Assembly: GCF_964355755.1 (NCBI RefSeq)
Contig: NC_092679.1
Location: forward strand, 340,201 to 404,200
Reading direction: 5' to 3'
DNA from: Antedon mediterranea
Taxonomy: Eukaryota; Animalia; Echinodermata
DNA: 64,000 bases
The translations under genes and the position numbers were made by a program. Under the pieces are notes generated by a model. The model was not told the origin of the DNA. It made no database searches and worked only from the letters and a program-made list of their open reading frames with translations. Shown here in pieces: positions 1 through 12,935 of the stretch (position 1 is the stretch's first letter; each line of letters starts with the position of its first letter).

Positions 1-639
1 GTGAATCTTTTAAGTATGTCATTTGGTATTTGCTCCCATAGTCTAGGAAAGGAAAAGAGTTGCGTTGCACGCGATTAAAAATGGCCAAAATATCAAGTTT
101 TTAAAATTCAATTATTATGCGTTTTTATTGCTGTATATGATCATATATTGCTTTATGATCATCTTATAGTACCATAGAACCCAATTATGTCGAAAAATAA
201 AAAGGTCGAAAATTGCCAATTATCGAAAAAAGTCATGTACAGTACAGGGATTTTTTGAATGATATATATTTGGCTTTAAAAAAAAAAAATCCCTGTACTG
301 ATTCATAAAAAAACAAGAACATTTCATATGCTTCCCATATTTTAAACATATTTATAGTCTATATACGCACTACAATGTCCAGAAAAGTGTGAAATCTGAT
401 TGTAGCAATTCATTAAGATACTGTGTCAGACAAAAATGATTCTAAAAATAAATTAATGTCATTTAAAAATTACCCTGTAGTTTTTTTTCTCAGAAAAAAA
501 AAATTGACTGTTGTAGGGCTTAATATGTATTGAGGTAACATGCGCAGACCGCATTATTGTATATATATATATACAGATTATTTCAAAGGCATATTTAAGA
601 AAACATTACCAACATTGAATAAAATTTAGTAAATTCGGA

Positions 640-3600
640 TCATGGAATTGGAATTAAAGATGGTGTATTGTACATTCCAATTGGTTGAAAGTTTTCTTGA
701 ATACCAAATGCACTTGTTCCAACAACCTGGAGGGCTTGCAGTGTTGTTAGTGCTGGAGAGGCTGGTATTGCAAGAACAGCTACACGTAAACCGTAACGCA
801 ACTCATCTGTTGGGATTGGTTGACCATTATCAGAATCAACGATACAGATCAGGTCTGGAACAGTAGCAACAATCTAAAATAACATAAAATCCATTCAACT
901 CAATGTAAAAAATGGTAGTAAAAAGAAAATGTAATTATATGTAATATGCCAATTCCAAACTAGAAATAAAAGTTTGTAATGAAACTGAATTGAAAATATC
1001 CTGTATTATTATAATATTTGTCTTTTGTATAGAGCTTAACCAAAATAAATTTTCACTAATGCTACAACCACAAGGCTTGAAACAAGGTGGAAATTACATC
1101 ATTTCATATGTTATGCGAAAGAGATGGGTTTTCAGCAATTGTTTGAAGATGGCAATAGAATTGGCATTCTTGATTCATTGTGGAAGAGTATTCCATAAGG
1201 ATGTTTATCCAATCTATGTCTTTATAGGTCTGTGTTACTATACTCCATTTCAACACTAGTTACTTCTTGAAAAAGAAAGCATGTAAATATCCCTACCATT
1301 TCAGTGCATTGTGCGGTTGTCTTCCTTGCCAACAAGTTTTCATTCTGAAACTCCACATTCAGTGTGCTTTGACTCCATTTTAAAGTGCCCTCAATTGTCA
1401 CGTTTCCTTTGTCAAATCCTTCGTTAGTCTTTCGTGCAACATTAGAAATCTGGATAGAAAATAGGGAAAACATGAACTATTAAATTATGAAAACATTTTA
1501 GTTTTATTATTATTTGTTTGTTTCTGTCTATATAGACTAAAGTAAATAGAATGTGAAAGTGTTTCTTCAGGAAGTTTTTCGAGTTGCGACCCATGACCTA
1601 ACGAGGTCAGGTCAATAAATGTGTTCAATCAAAACAGAGTCGAGGTGGGGAGTGAAGAAACATGTTCCAATGTGCACACAGTTACATACTTTGGTAGTCG
1701 CTCATCGCCAAAACTAAAGCTTCCTAATTACACATTCATTATTATTAACTCTAATGGAAAAAATGCATACCTTGCCTATTATCAATAGAGTTCCATTTTC
1801 CTTTGTTATAATCGCATCGATCGGGGATGATGTAGCTGATAGAACTTTGTGTCCAAGATGGCGAGCTCGGCTTAATGAGTACAGAACACTCTTTTCTAAA
1901 ATTTCGGACTTAGTTAAAGGATTGAAGCTCAAAGCCGCTGAACACCTGTCGACAAAACGCATAAATCAGGTGAAGTGAAATAAATAAGAAAGTATTTTTG
2001 AGACGTTGCTATATATAGTATTATTAAAGTTTAAATAGATATGTATAACAACAACAATTAGATAACAACAACTCTCCGTTGATAGATCTCCATTCCTTCA
2101 TATCTTGAATACATGTCTGTATGTCTTTCCTAAAGCTCTGTCTACACTATCAAGCAAGTTTGACAAATAATGTGTCATGTGCCCAAATATGGTAGTGAAA
2201 CGACATTACCATGTCCATACTATAAATGGGCACATCACGTTTTTTTGTCCCAAGTTTGATAGTGTAGGCAGGGCTTTACTAATAAAATAACTCAAAATGT
2301 TTACCCCATAGATACAACTGTTTTGCGGAAATGATCCTCAAGTTGTTTAGGTGTTTCAGCTTTAAGTACGACAGCTTGCTGACCTTTGTCATCTACAAGA
2401 CAGCATGGGGTCAACGACTTACCATATATAGATGGAACAAACATCTAAAATTCAGAAGAAAACATAGAAATAAGGACGTTAATGGTGGATTCAAGTGAGA
2501 GTGAGATTGTTTTTGAGATGTTTTGCCATACTTAAATACTGATACCACACTTCATCCCTTTTAAATTCAAATCTCTCCTGAAAACTCACCTATTTCAATA
2601 GTTATTCTTTTCAAGAGTGCTTTATAAATATTTCATATTATTATTATTATACCATGGTAATTGAATTTGTGCCCACCTGTAACTCTGGGAAGGCACGTCC
2701 CATACCATCACAATCAACAACAGGTAAGTCTAGAAGTGCACCAACTACTAGAGGTTCCACAGCATTCATTCCACCAATCTCTGCACTCATCACACCTACT
2801 ATTCTATCAGCTGTGTTCTTGCATTTGGTTTCTTCTCTAGAGTCTACAGTGCTGTAATTGTCAATGTATCGAATGCCATCACCTGATTTGACTTCTAAAA
2901 TCAGTTTAAAATAGTTCATTTTAGTACATATTCACAGTACAAAAGAAATGAAGAAAATCTGTAGGTAATGTCAACGAATTGACTAAAAAGTTCATAAATA
3001 TGTTAGCTTGTCGAGAGAATTGGTGAAATGTTCAATTTCTAAATGACGCTATGACCACACCCAGTCACAGGACCAGTAACAGTAATATCATGAACAGGCA
3101 ATCAAATAACAATATCAACAATTAATATCAACACTTAATTCATTTGAATTGTATTTCATCAAATATAGAGCTGAAGATTGGTAACTCATCAAATATTTGG
3201 AAATGATCAATAAAGTATTTGTAGTTTAGCAATAGATTTAATAATGTTGCAGTATTTTGAATTAATGCATAATAATTAATGCTACTCTAACCTTTGATAT
3301 CCCATGATCCTTCAGTAGACCTATTAATTATTTCCTGTTGACATTTGATTGCCTCCAACATTTCTCTTCCACTCATCAACTTTTCAGTCAAAACTCCTGG
3401 TGACCCCATGAAGGCACAAACAGCCACTTTACCACAACCTATCCTAAAGTTATACAAACATAATTAGATTTAAACATCTAAACATCATGTTTTCTGAAAC
3501 TACTGTAAGAATAAGACAATTGCTATTTACCTCTCTGGAGCAATTACTCTGATCTTCTTGCCTTCTTTGAGAAGCTTTTGTGCACGTAGACGTCCAAGGT

Positions 3601-6600
3601 AGGGGCTACCCCCTCCTCCACACCCCAATATTCCAGCGCCAACACTAATGCATTCAATATCGTATTCTGTTAAGAGCCATTCACCGGTTTCTTTGTCAAC
3701 TACTGGTTGTGAAAGATCTTCATTTTTTACACCTAATAAAGGATAAGACATTTGCATTTTGTCATTAGGAAGAACCTTAGCTTTATAAAAGGTTTTGATA
3801 ACATTAATTCATCGTTATGTTTTAAATTTGTGGTAAATAATAGTAATAACCAGGAGAGACTCTGGACTCACTCAATACAGTAAAATAAAACGTTAGGTAC
3901 TGTACATCAGAATCCACATAACTGAAAATAAAGTGTTTAGTCAGATTGACTAAACACTTTATTTACTCAGAGCAGCGTAAAATAATCAAATTGTTTTAAC
4001 TTTTTATGCCACTTGTTATTAAAGTTTTTTCCATATATTCTAGTTTAATTAAACAAAAGATGTACCTGTAACAACCGATTTTTCTTGCTCGTTTTTTAAT
4101 ATTTGCTTGGAAGGTTCAGATCCTGCCGGTTTTCCATCATCCACTGTACAAGATAGAAAAGGAATTGAACTTTGAGAACAATCTACTGATTGCTGGGTCA
4201 ACTTGAGGTCACCGACTGCTTTAACCTTTATACGTGTGCAGCCATGCACATAAGTAAGACTAACTTCTTCGATTTCAGTAATCTAAAATCAAAATTAAAC
4301 ATTTTAGCTACTATAAATGGCTATCCTTATAAAAAAAAAACAACAAAAGAACAGACAAATGGAGGAAGGAAAATTGTGGCAGGAATGTGGGCGTGTTATT
4401 ATTCCCGCCGGTGAATTCATGGCAGGAATGTGGGCGTGTTATTATTCCCGCCGGTGAATTCATGGCAGGAATGTGGGCGTGTTATTATTCCCGCCGGTGA
4501 ATTCATGGCAGGAATGTGGGCGTGTTATTATTCCCGCCGGTGAATTCATGGCAGGAATGTGGGCGTGTTATTATTCCCGCCGGTGAATTCATGGCAGGAA
4601 TGTGGGCGTGTTATTATTCCCGCCGGTGAATTCATGGCAGGAATGTGGGCGTGTTATTATTCCCGCCGGTGAATTCATGGCAGGAATGTGGGCGTGTTAT
4701 TATTCCCGCCGGTGAATTCATGGCAGGAATGTGGGCGTGTTATTATTCCCGCCGGTGAATTCATGGCAGGAATGTGGGCGTGTTATTATTCCCGCCGGTG
4801 AATTCATGGCAGGTATGTGGGCGTGTTATTATTCCCGCCGGTGAATTCATGGCAGGAATGTCGGCGTGTTATTATTCCCGCCGGTGAATTCATGGCAGGA
4901 ATGTGGGCGTGTTATTATTCCCGCCGGTGAATTCATGGCAGGAATGTGGGCGTGTTATTATTCCCGCCGGTGAATTCATGGCAGGAATGTGGGCGTGTTA
5001 TTATTCCCGCCGGTGAATTCATGGCAGGAATGTGGGCGTGTTATTATTCCCGGTGAATTCATTTATCAAAAAAGTTTTTTTCAAGTTGCAGGTGTTTGCT
5101 ACCTTTACTGTAGATAAGTCAGCTCCATTCTTTACAGCTTCATTGATTGCAACCCTCTTTGCTTCTGCAACTGCATCCTCCCTACTAATGTTGGACAAGT
5201 TCACAATGGTGTCGTGTACTCCTCCAATCTGACTCATGGCTGCTCCAACTGCATTTGCAACCTTGATAAACAGTATGAAATAATCTATTACTGAATATAC
5301 TCAATACACTATCTAAGGCTTTGTTTAGTTTATTTATTATAGATAATAACAATTGAAAATGAAATTAAAATGAATAACCTGATAATGTGGCGGTTTAATA
5401 ACCGTTGTAGCCCCTTCTAACGAGTTCTTCTCATCCAATAAAATACTGCCACCACCGACTAAAACATACGGCAAGGCTTCTCTACTTAACTGAAATTAGA
5501 ATTTAAAGGTTTACAGAATAAAAATAATAATAATAATATCCTGGATTTTTTTTTTTACCTCGTATTGGAAACATACTCCCATTAAAATGCAGCTAGTAAT
5601 CAGCGCAAAGTTGTGTCTTGATCTAAACAGGTTCCCATTTATACACCTGGGTGGAGAGAGATAAGTAAGGTATCTTGCCTAAGGATACAAGAACATTAGG
5701 AATTAGAGAAAGCATCAACAAACTTTGTAATTCTTACTTTCATTTGATCCACAACTTCTTCAATCATTTCTTTCATACGATTCATCACAGTTGTAATCTC
5801 CTCCTTTTTCAAATGCTCCACTTTCTTACGATCTCCAAGAACATCACATCCACCGGCTACAGCAATGTCGGTAGTGGTCAGTGTCTGGCCACCAAACACC
5901 ATAGCTTCTTCCACCAATTGATAGCCAACACTCTCTGGACCTACTTTACACACCAGCTGTAATGAAGCATGATTTTATAACTTGTGTTAATAATAAATAA
6001 TAAGTCACTGGACTTGTAATAAGGAGATTTTGATTTGCGACCAATGACCAAACTATGTCATGTCAGTTCATTGTACGCATGTGGAAATATTGGGACATGT
6101 GTCCTCGCTCCTCACCTTACCAGGCACATCGATTGACCTGACCCTGGTGTAAATACATAATTTAGAACTGTATAGTAGAGTAGTAGTCTACTGAAGTTTG
6201 CTGTCCTACTAATCCTAATCCCCACCCCCCCCCCCCCCCTCATAAAATTTATGGTAAAACTAAGTTGAATCCAGCTATACAAATAGTTATAACTAGGATA
6301 GACCACTGCGTTATATTTTAAAAAGAAACTTACATCAACGGAAGAGGTGTTGATCTCAACCTTTGACCCTCCACCAAGACCAATGCTCATCACATCTGGC
6401 ATGCGTAACTTGGTACTGACGCCTCCTATCTTAATATGACTTGACGCCTCTCGTGGGAAACCATTTATGAGACACCCAACATCTGAAGTTGTACCGCCAA
6501 TATCAATTACTACTGCATCTTTAATATCTAAAAAATACAAATATTAGTGGAAGATAAACAATAAACTCAGACAGATTGTTAATTAACAACAAAACTGAAA

Positions 6601-9067
6601 ATCCTATTTTTGACTGAAATTAGAATGAATTAATGTTTTACAATAGTTTGTAACATCTAAATGAATAGAGCAAACCTGCACTATCATTAGGATATATATT
6701 TATGTTTCTATCTGAGCAGTGTGACTAGATTTTTGGTGAGCAAATTGAGAACCTTGTAAGCAACCAGTCAAATACGCCTAATGTATAGTTAAATAGATCT
6801 TTACCCACCTGAGAGAAATGCAGCACCCCTCATGGAATTTGTAGGCCCTGATGAGAATGTATGTACAGGGAATGACTTGGTCTGCTCCGAACTGTAAGAA
6901 AATAAATTAATAATATAAAAGGTAAGGCACATTTAAAACTAACAATAAAAATACAGTATATCCCTAGAATTTACCTTGTCTTGTGTTAGAATATATCCTA
7001 AATTAGAAGGTGGAATTATACTGAAAACAGGGATTATATTTGGTCATAAACTGTAATAAACACATTATTTAGAATGTTACCTTTTTATTGTTCCATCATT
7101 TTGCGTCAAATAATAAGGGCATGTTATTCCAATATCAAGCAAGGCTTTGGATAATGCTTCTACGGTTTTCTGACACAACGGTTGAAGAGACGCATTAAGA
7201 ATGGCAGCATTCTCACGTTCTAGCAAACCTATTTGGCCAACTGTATGTGAGCAAGTGATTTGAGCAATGGGAAATATGTCCTTAACAACACCACTAACCT
7301 GTAACAATAAAAAATAAAAAACATCATAGCAACCTTTTCATGGACATATTCAAAGAGGCACAGTACACATATTAAAACATTACTTTAGTGTAGAAATAGC
7401 ATGTGATACCATCTAATCTTTCATAAAACATTAAACTCTAATTTTAAATTAATATATAGTTTACAAACATAATAGAACAAATTCTATAAATATATTTTAT
7501 ATAATTCGATATTATTGCTATATTAAATTGAATTGACTAAAAATAAATGACAACTTAATACTTTAATACCCATTGTTTTACTAGATCTCTTCTAAGTATA
7601 TTAATAATACAAGTTATTAATCACTCAGCATAGTCTATATTCTGTAACACACATACTACATAGTTCATCCTAGGATTATAGTAGTATTAAAGTAGTACTT
7701 GAACTGAAAATACAAATCATTTGTAAAGCTAAGTTGATAATACTGGAATTTTTAAGCATTGTATTAAAATAATCCAGTGTAGGTTTCTTTATCGTTTTAA
7801 GGGATAACTGCTCTACTTTTTAAATCACTTTTTAAAAAATCAAAAAAAATGTTGATTATGATTGGTAATAATAAATTTAAAAGGAGTTTATCACCAGACA
7901 GTACCGTAGCTAAGAGAAATAAAGTAGTTCGGTGATTGCACGAAAATGGAACAATCTCTGTGCGGGCCTCAAGGTTGTCAAATATCTCTGTGAAAAACTG
8001 TACTGGTGGCTACGACCATGACAGGTATTCATAAACATAGATACATACTAGTTGTTCTTGTTCTGGATTTACTGGGGAAAAAACGCCACTGACAACAATA
8101 TGTACTAGTCCTTTTGCTTGGATATCACTGATGTACGATCTAATCTCATCGTCATCAACATCTGTGATTGGCCGTCCATCAATTTGGAATCCTCCATTTG
8201 CCAAATATGTTGGTCCTTCCACAACCTGTAAATTAATCAAGTGTTAACATTTTGTCTACTTAAAGGCTAATAAAGGAAAAGAACATCAAACTGTAATTTA
8301 ATTTGAAAAATTCAGGGACAATTACGTTTTTGTATTTGTTCTAATTCCATGATGGAAGAAATATTGCGTACCTTTCGAAGATCATCAGGAAAATCGCTAA
8401 AAGGAGGCAAAGCTCCTGATGCAGTACCGCACAACCTAATAACCGCAACCTTTACCAGTCCGCGTCGTTGCACAACAGCGTTCACAAAATGTGTTGTACC
8501 GACATTTACCTGTGCTATTGAGCATGTACCTGAAATAAACAAATAAATATCTCAATTTGTTTATTAGAATCATTAAAGCTCTGTCCACACTATCAAAAAT
8601 GTGTGATGTGTCCAAATATGGTAGTGATATGACATTATCTTGTCCATATATGGGCACATCACATTTCTTCGTCACATCAAGAAATGTTTGATAATGTAAA
8701 CAGAGCTTTAGATAATTAATATAAGAGAGGGGATCAAGTTGAGATTGTATGGTTGTTCATTATCACATTTTTCCTAATACATGTACCCATAGGCCTACAC
8801 ACGAGGTATCAAAAATAACCAGAATTGTACTGGAAACGTTTTAAACTACATTTGAATTATTATTGAAATGAAAATCAAACCATGATTAGCAGAAGCATCT
8901 TGAAGAGCAGAACTAATAGCTTTCTTAACGCCAGTAGTCACATCGTCTGTCGTTGGTTCCTTCACAGACCCAAGAACACGGTCGCCATGCAAAACAACGG
9001 CATCTGTGTTTGTTCCTCCAACGTCTACTCCGACAATACACTTATCAAACATCGAGTTATTACTCAT
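640..9067 (-). CDS. Hydantoinase/oxoprolinase (HyuA-like, actin-fold ATPase) fused to C-terminal DUF917; 17 coding exons, ~998 aa
   Basis: Exons (GT/AG, frame-consistent, sum 2997 nt): 8881-9067, 8372-8529, 8049-8225, 7081-7298, 6809-6891, 6334-6527, 5738-5956, 5379-5489, 5103-5261, 4066-4282, 3531-3732, 3292-3443, 2677-2894, 2305-2444, 1771-1945, 1297-1449, 640-873. HyuA motifs: VGVDVGGTNTD, GTTHFVNA, LLERENAAILNA, QNDGT, SGPTNSMRGAA, DIGGTTSD, SIGLGGGS, VGPESVG, VANAVGAA. DUF917 motifs: GILGCGGGG, EIGGMN, VDCDGMGRAFPE, FQNENL, VPDLI, ELRYGLRV. Confidence 0.9.
2131..2278. mobile_element. MITE family A copy (TIR AAGCTCTGTCTACACTATCAAAC)
   Basis: TAAAGCTCTGTCTACACTATCAA ... TTTGATAGTGTAGGCAGGGCTTTA; at least 12 related copies occur in the window. 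Confidence 0.85.
4378..5062. repeat. 43-bp GC-rich minisatellite, ~16 near-identical copies (intron of hydantoinase-DUF917 gene)
   Basis: Unit GGCAGGAATGTGGGCGTGTTATTATTCCCGCCGGTGAATTCAT repeated head to tail with only rare substitutions. Confidence 0.97.
5546..5695 (-). mobile_element. SINE fragment (CORE/Meta-type core, A tail)
   Basis: Minus strand TGTATCCTTAGGCAAGATACCTTAC...CTCTCTCCACCCAGGTGTATAAATGGG... ending in poly-A. Confidence 0.5.
8574..8710. mobile_element. MITE family A copy
   Basis: TAAAGCTCTGTCCACACTATCAAA ... TTTGATAATGTAAACAGAGCTTTA. Confidence 0.85.
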
Positions 9068-9129
9068 CCTAACTAAATAGGACAAATATGTAGGCCTATT
9101 AACAAAAAAACAACATAGACAAATGAAAC

Positions 9130-9282
9130 AAAATGTGTTTGTAATGTATGGAGGCAGAGTGTTAGATATGGTATTGTATTTATACAATTTGTTTGTAATG
9201 TATGGAGGCAGAGTGTTAGATATAGTATTTATAAAATGTGTTTGTAATGTATGGAGGCAGAGTGTTAGATATGGTATTTATA
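9130..9282. repeat. ~50-bp tandem repeat, 3 copies
   Basis: TGTTTGTAATGTATGGAGGCAGAGTGTTAGATATGGTATT occurs three times. Confidence 0.9.
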
Positions 9283-11244
9283 CTGTAGTAGATCTTCTGA
9301 TATGAAGCAACACAATAACAGATCTGATAAACTCACAAGGTCAATCCAGTACAGTACTAGATTTGTGTGGTAGCTTAATGTAATGTGGTGTTTGATAAGT
9401 CAAAACTGAACTCACCTTTCTGTATAAGTCACTTGGTTAGGGAAGCAACACAATCCTAATACTACAGTATTTAGATAAGTCTGAGAACAGGAACTAAGTC
9501 TAAAACATCAGACTTAGGTCATGGTCTTTGTAAGCCTGTAATACACTGCACATGTTAGACAAATACAACAACAAAGGGTCAATTGGGTCAACTATAATAA
9601 GATATTATTATGCAAATGATTATATCCAGGGTTTTAAATTGGTTTTTAATTTTTATAATGATATCTGGTGTTTTTGTCTGCTTCTGATATTATGTAATTA
9701 TATATTTGACATTTTGAATCATATGTATTTATTTAGGTCAATAGGCCTATATAAAACTTACATAGAGGTGGCTTATGTCATAGAGATAGCGAATAATAGT
9801 TCTCTATTAGTCTTATGTGTACAATTGTATTTGTAGTCATATCAGTCGGTGGTTATCAGATCATAATAATATTTTGTAAGTCTAAGTTAATTTTTGATAA
9901 AGCCAATCTTCATCCACTTTATTAGCATTTCGCCAGCAACCTCCAGAACAATAACAAAATATTGATGCATCCAAGATATTAAAATTAAATTAGAAACTAA
10001 TAAGCAAATAATAAGATACTTCCTGTATTACTATGACGACGATGATAAAGCATTAAGTAATATTATTATTTTAATGTACAAATAACAGAAGACGAGCTGA
10101 TGACATGTTTGAGAAAACTGGAATGATTTTGTCAAACATAAATATTTTGTCTTTGTATCAATAATAAACACATATTTTAAAACACACATGTATTGTCAAA
10201 GAATGTTTATTACTTTACCAGTTATCTATACAAGATATTTTTCAATACAGAAAAATTAACTAAAAAGTTTAACTATAGCAATGGGAGGGGAACATTTTTT
10301 ATTTAAAGACTTAAATTCATTGCACTTAATAACTGATTAACATTTTTTTAAATGTACAAAATAATTCAAACCATACAGAGAGACTTGTATAATATCCAAG
10401 ATTAAGGTACCTAGGAAAGTATCACTAAATTTGTGTACACATTTCTATAAGACACTAGACTTACAATTGTTTTGTATTACTTCCTTGTTTTAAATGTTCG
10501 TTTTATGGTTAATTATGATAAAAAGAGAGAAACAATGCCTTCTGGTATTTATTGGAATCAACTTATTTTTCATATTTTAACCGTTTAAAGGTGAAAAAAT
10601 TATTGCAAAAATACTGTATAAATAAAATACTGTATAAATACAATACTGTATAAATACAATACTGTATAAATATTTATAAATATTTATATTTATAAGTATT
10701 TATTTGTACATAAAATGTAGTGTGCAACCTTAAGTTAATTAGGTTGAAAAACGTAGGTTCTAGTGGCTTTAATATAACAGATACTTTTGTGTAAAATGAA
10801 CAACTCTTTCAACAATGAAATACCATTGTCTTCTTGTGGTTATTGGATCCGGGTATTCAAACTTGTGCAGCCTTTATCAATTATTAGTTTATTTACTATT
10901 TTACTATTGCATTGAACAACAATCTAAAAATTCTACTCTATATTAGTTTAGGAAAGATTCATTTTTATCATATCACACAATATCGGTGGGTGGCGAGTAC
11001 CAATTGTCATTTTATTTTCTGTTTGTTTATCACATTATAATTAAAATATTCTTAGTAATCACATAAATCTGACAAAATAAAGGTTGGAAAATGTCAAGAT
11101 TAAACATGAGTTGTACTTTTATGAGTTTGTTGTTGATGGGATAAGAGTTTTCTCGTTTGACATTAGCCTTTCCATGAAATACAGCGATTATTCTTAACAT
11201 TTTTGTTCATAAACATCTTATAATCTCATGTCTCGAGTCGGTGC

Positions 11245-11469
11245 TAAAGCTCTGTCCACACTATAAAACTATGTGACAACAAAATGCGATGTCATCCCCA
11301 TATGAACGTGATGATATAACTACCATATTTGGGTATATCACTACCATATTTGGGTATATCACTAGTATATTTTGGTATATCACTATCATATTTTGGTACA
11401 TCACTACCATATTTGGGCACATCACACATTTTTTTGTCACACTAGTTTGATAGTGTAGACATAGCTTAA
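11245..11469. mobile_element. MITE family A copy with expanded internal 21-bp repeats
   Basis: Same TIRs; interior ATCACTACCATATTTGGGTAT repeated about five times. Confidence 0.85.
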
Positions 11470-12935
11470 TGTTCTGCATTTATATCATTGAAATGAAAGG
11501 ATGCATTGTCATGGCAACAAGAAAAGAAAATGGTGAGGAGGCTAGATAACCTTGAATTAGCAACATAATTTGTAGAAATCATGATAGATTAAATCTGTGT
11601 TTTTCTTAACAATGTATGTACTAACTACCGAACAATATACAATATTCTAAGAATTTGAAGATCTAATTATGACTAAGAAAAATATCTTAATTAAAACCGA
11701 TCAATATCTGAATAAGAAAAACAATATCTAAAGAATTATATGTAGATTGGGATGTAAAGCTCTGTCCGCACTATCAAACTAAAGCTCTGTCCGCACTTTC
11801 AAACTTTATGTAACAAAAAAATGTGATGTTCCCATATATGGACATGGCAGCATTTTAATACGCAATATTGTCTAAAAGTAACAACAAATCAATTAACAGC
11901 TGGTTACTGTAAATGTTGGTCTATGCAACTAAACATTATGTATTCTCAAAAGCTCTTAACAGCAATTCAATAATAAAGCTGATCTAGAAAACATGTTAAA
12001 AAAGGTCTTTAGAATTTGAAATGCTATAAAAGGCATTAACTCATTCTATAAATAAACTCATACATTTGAGATATATTCATGCAAATAAAGTGTTACTATA
12101 AATAGAAGGAAATATTTAATGTATGCATAAACATATCAAATGTTTTCAGATCAATATTGATACTATTTATAGCCTCAGGAATTATAGAAGCGGTTTAATC
12201 CGGTTACGTCTAGTTCAAACCTGTTTCATACTATTATAGAATGTTACCATGGAGATATTTAGCAACTACTCCGCCTACACACAATGTACACAAGGTTTGG
12301 TCTGAATAGGAGTATGAATAAAAACCAATATTTATCAGGAATAAAAAGACACAAGTTCAATTAAAACAGTATTGTAAAATAAAATAGAACGCACTAGAGC
12401 ACCAACACTACTTGAAACTATTATATGATTGATTTGATCAAACTATTTAAAATACATAAACACTATGGTCACACTATGCACTATTATTTCATTCCTTTAT
12501 TTTGAAAAAAATAATTAATTTACTTTTATCTAGTACATAGTTTTACTTGCTACTGAAGTTTTAAAAATGAATTGTTTTCACATTTAACAAATCTACTGTT
12601 ATTTAAAATGTCTCCATATTCCAAATATATCCAAATAAAAGAGGTTTTAATTTGTCTATAGTATAACATGAGTTGTAACTGGTTCTGAGGCATCAATCTT
12701 TTTGACTTACAAATTTTAATTGGTCAAACGAGGGAGATGTAAAAACATAATATTTACATTAAGGTAAATTTTTACAAAGATCAAATTGTGGTTTTAATTT
12801 GTCTATAAAATGAGTTGTAACTGGTTATGAGGCATCAATCTTGTAAATTTGAGTTGGTCAACAGTGTTACAAATCATAAAATATTTTAAGAGATTTTAAA
12901 GGTAAATTTTCACCAACAAGACGCCGTTTGGAATG

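Noticed and set aside
1-523. Possible right end of a TTAA DNA transposon (GTAGGGC|TTAA) with an internal inverted repeat at 241-299
   Set aside because: The matching left TIR is not in the window, so it cannot be supported.
4378-5062. CRISPR-like appearance of palindromic repeats (also 14654-16075, 45542-48605, 48961-49980)
   Set aside because: Units are head to tail with no unique spacers, there are no cas genes, and all lie in eukaryotic introns.
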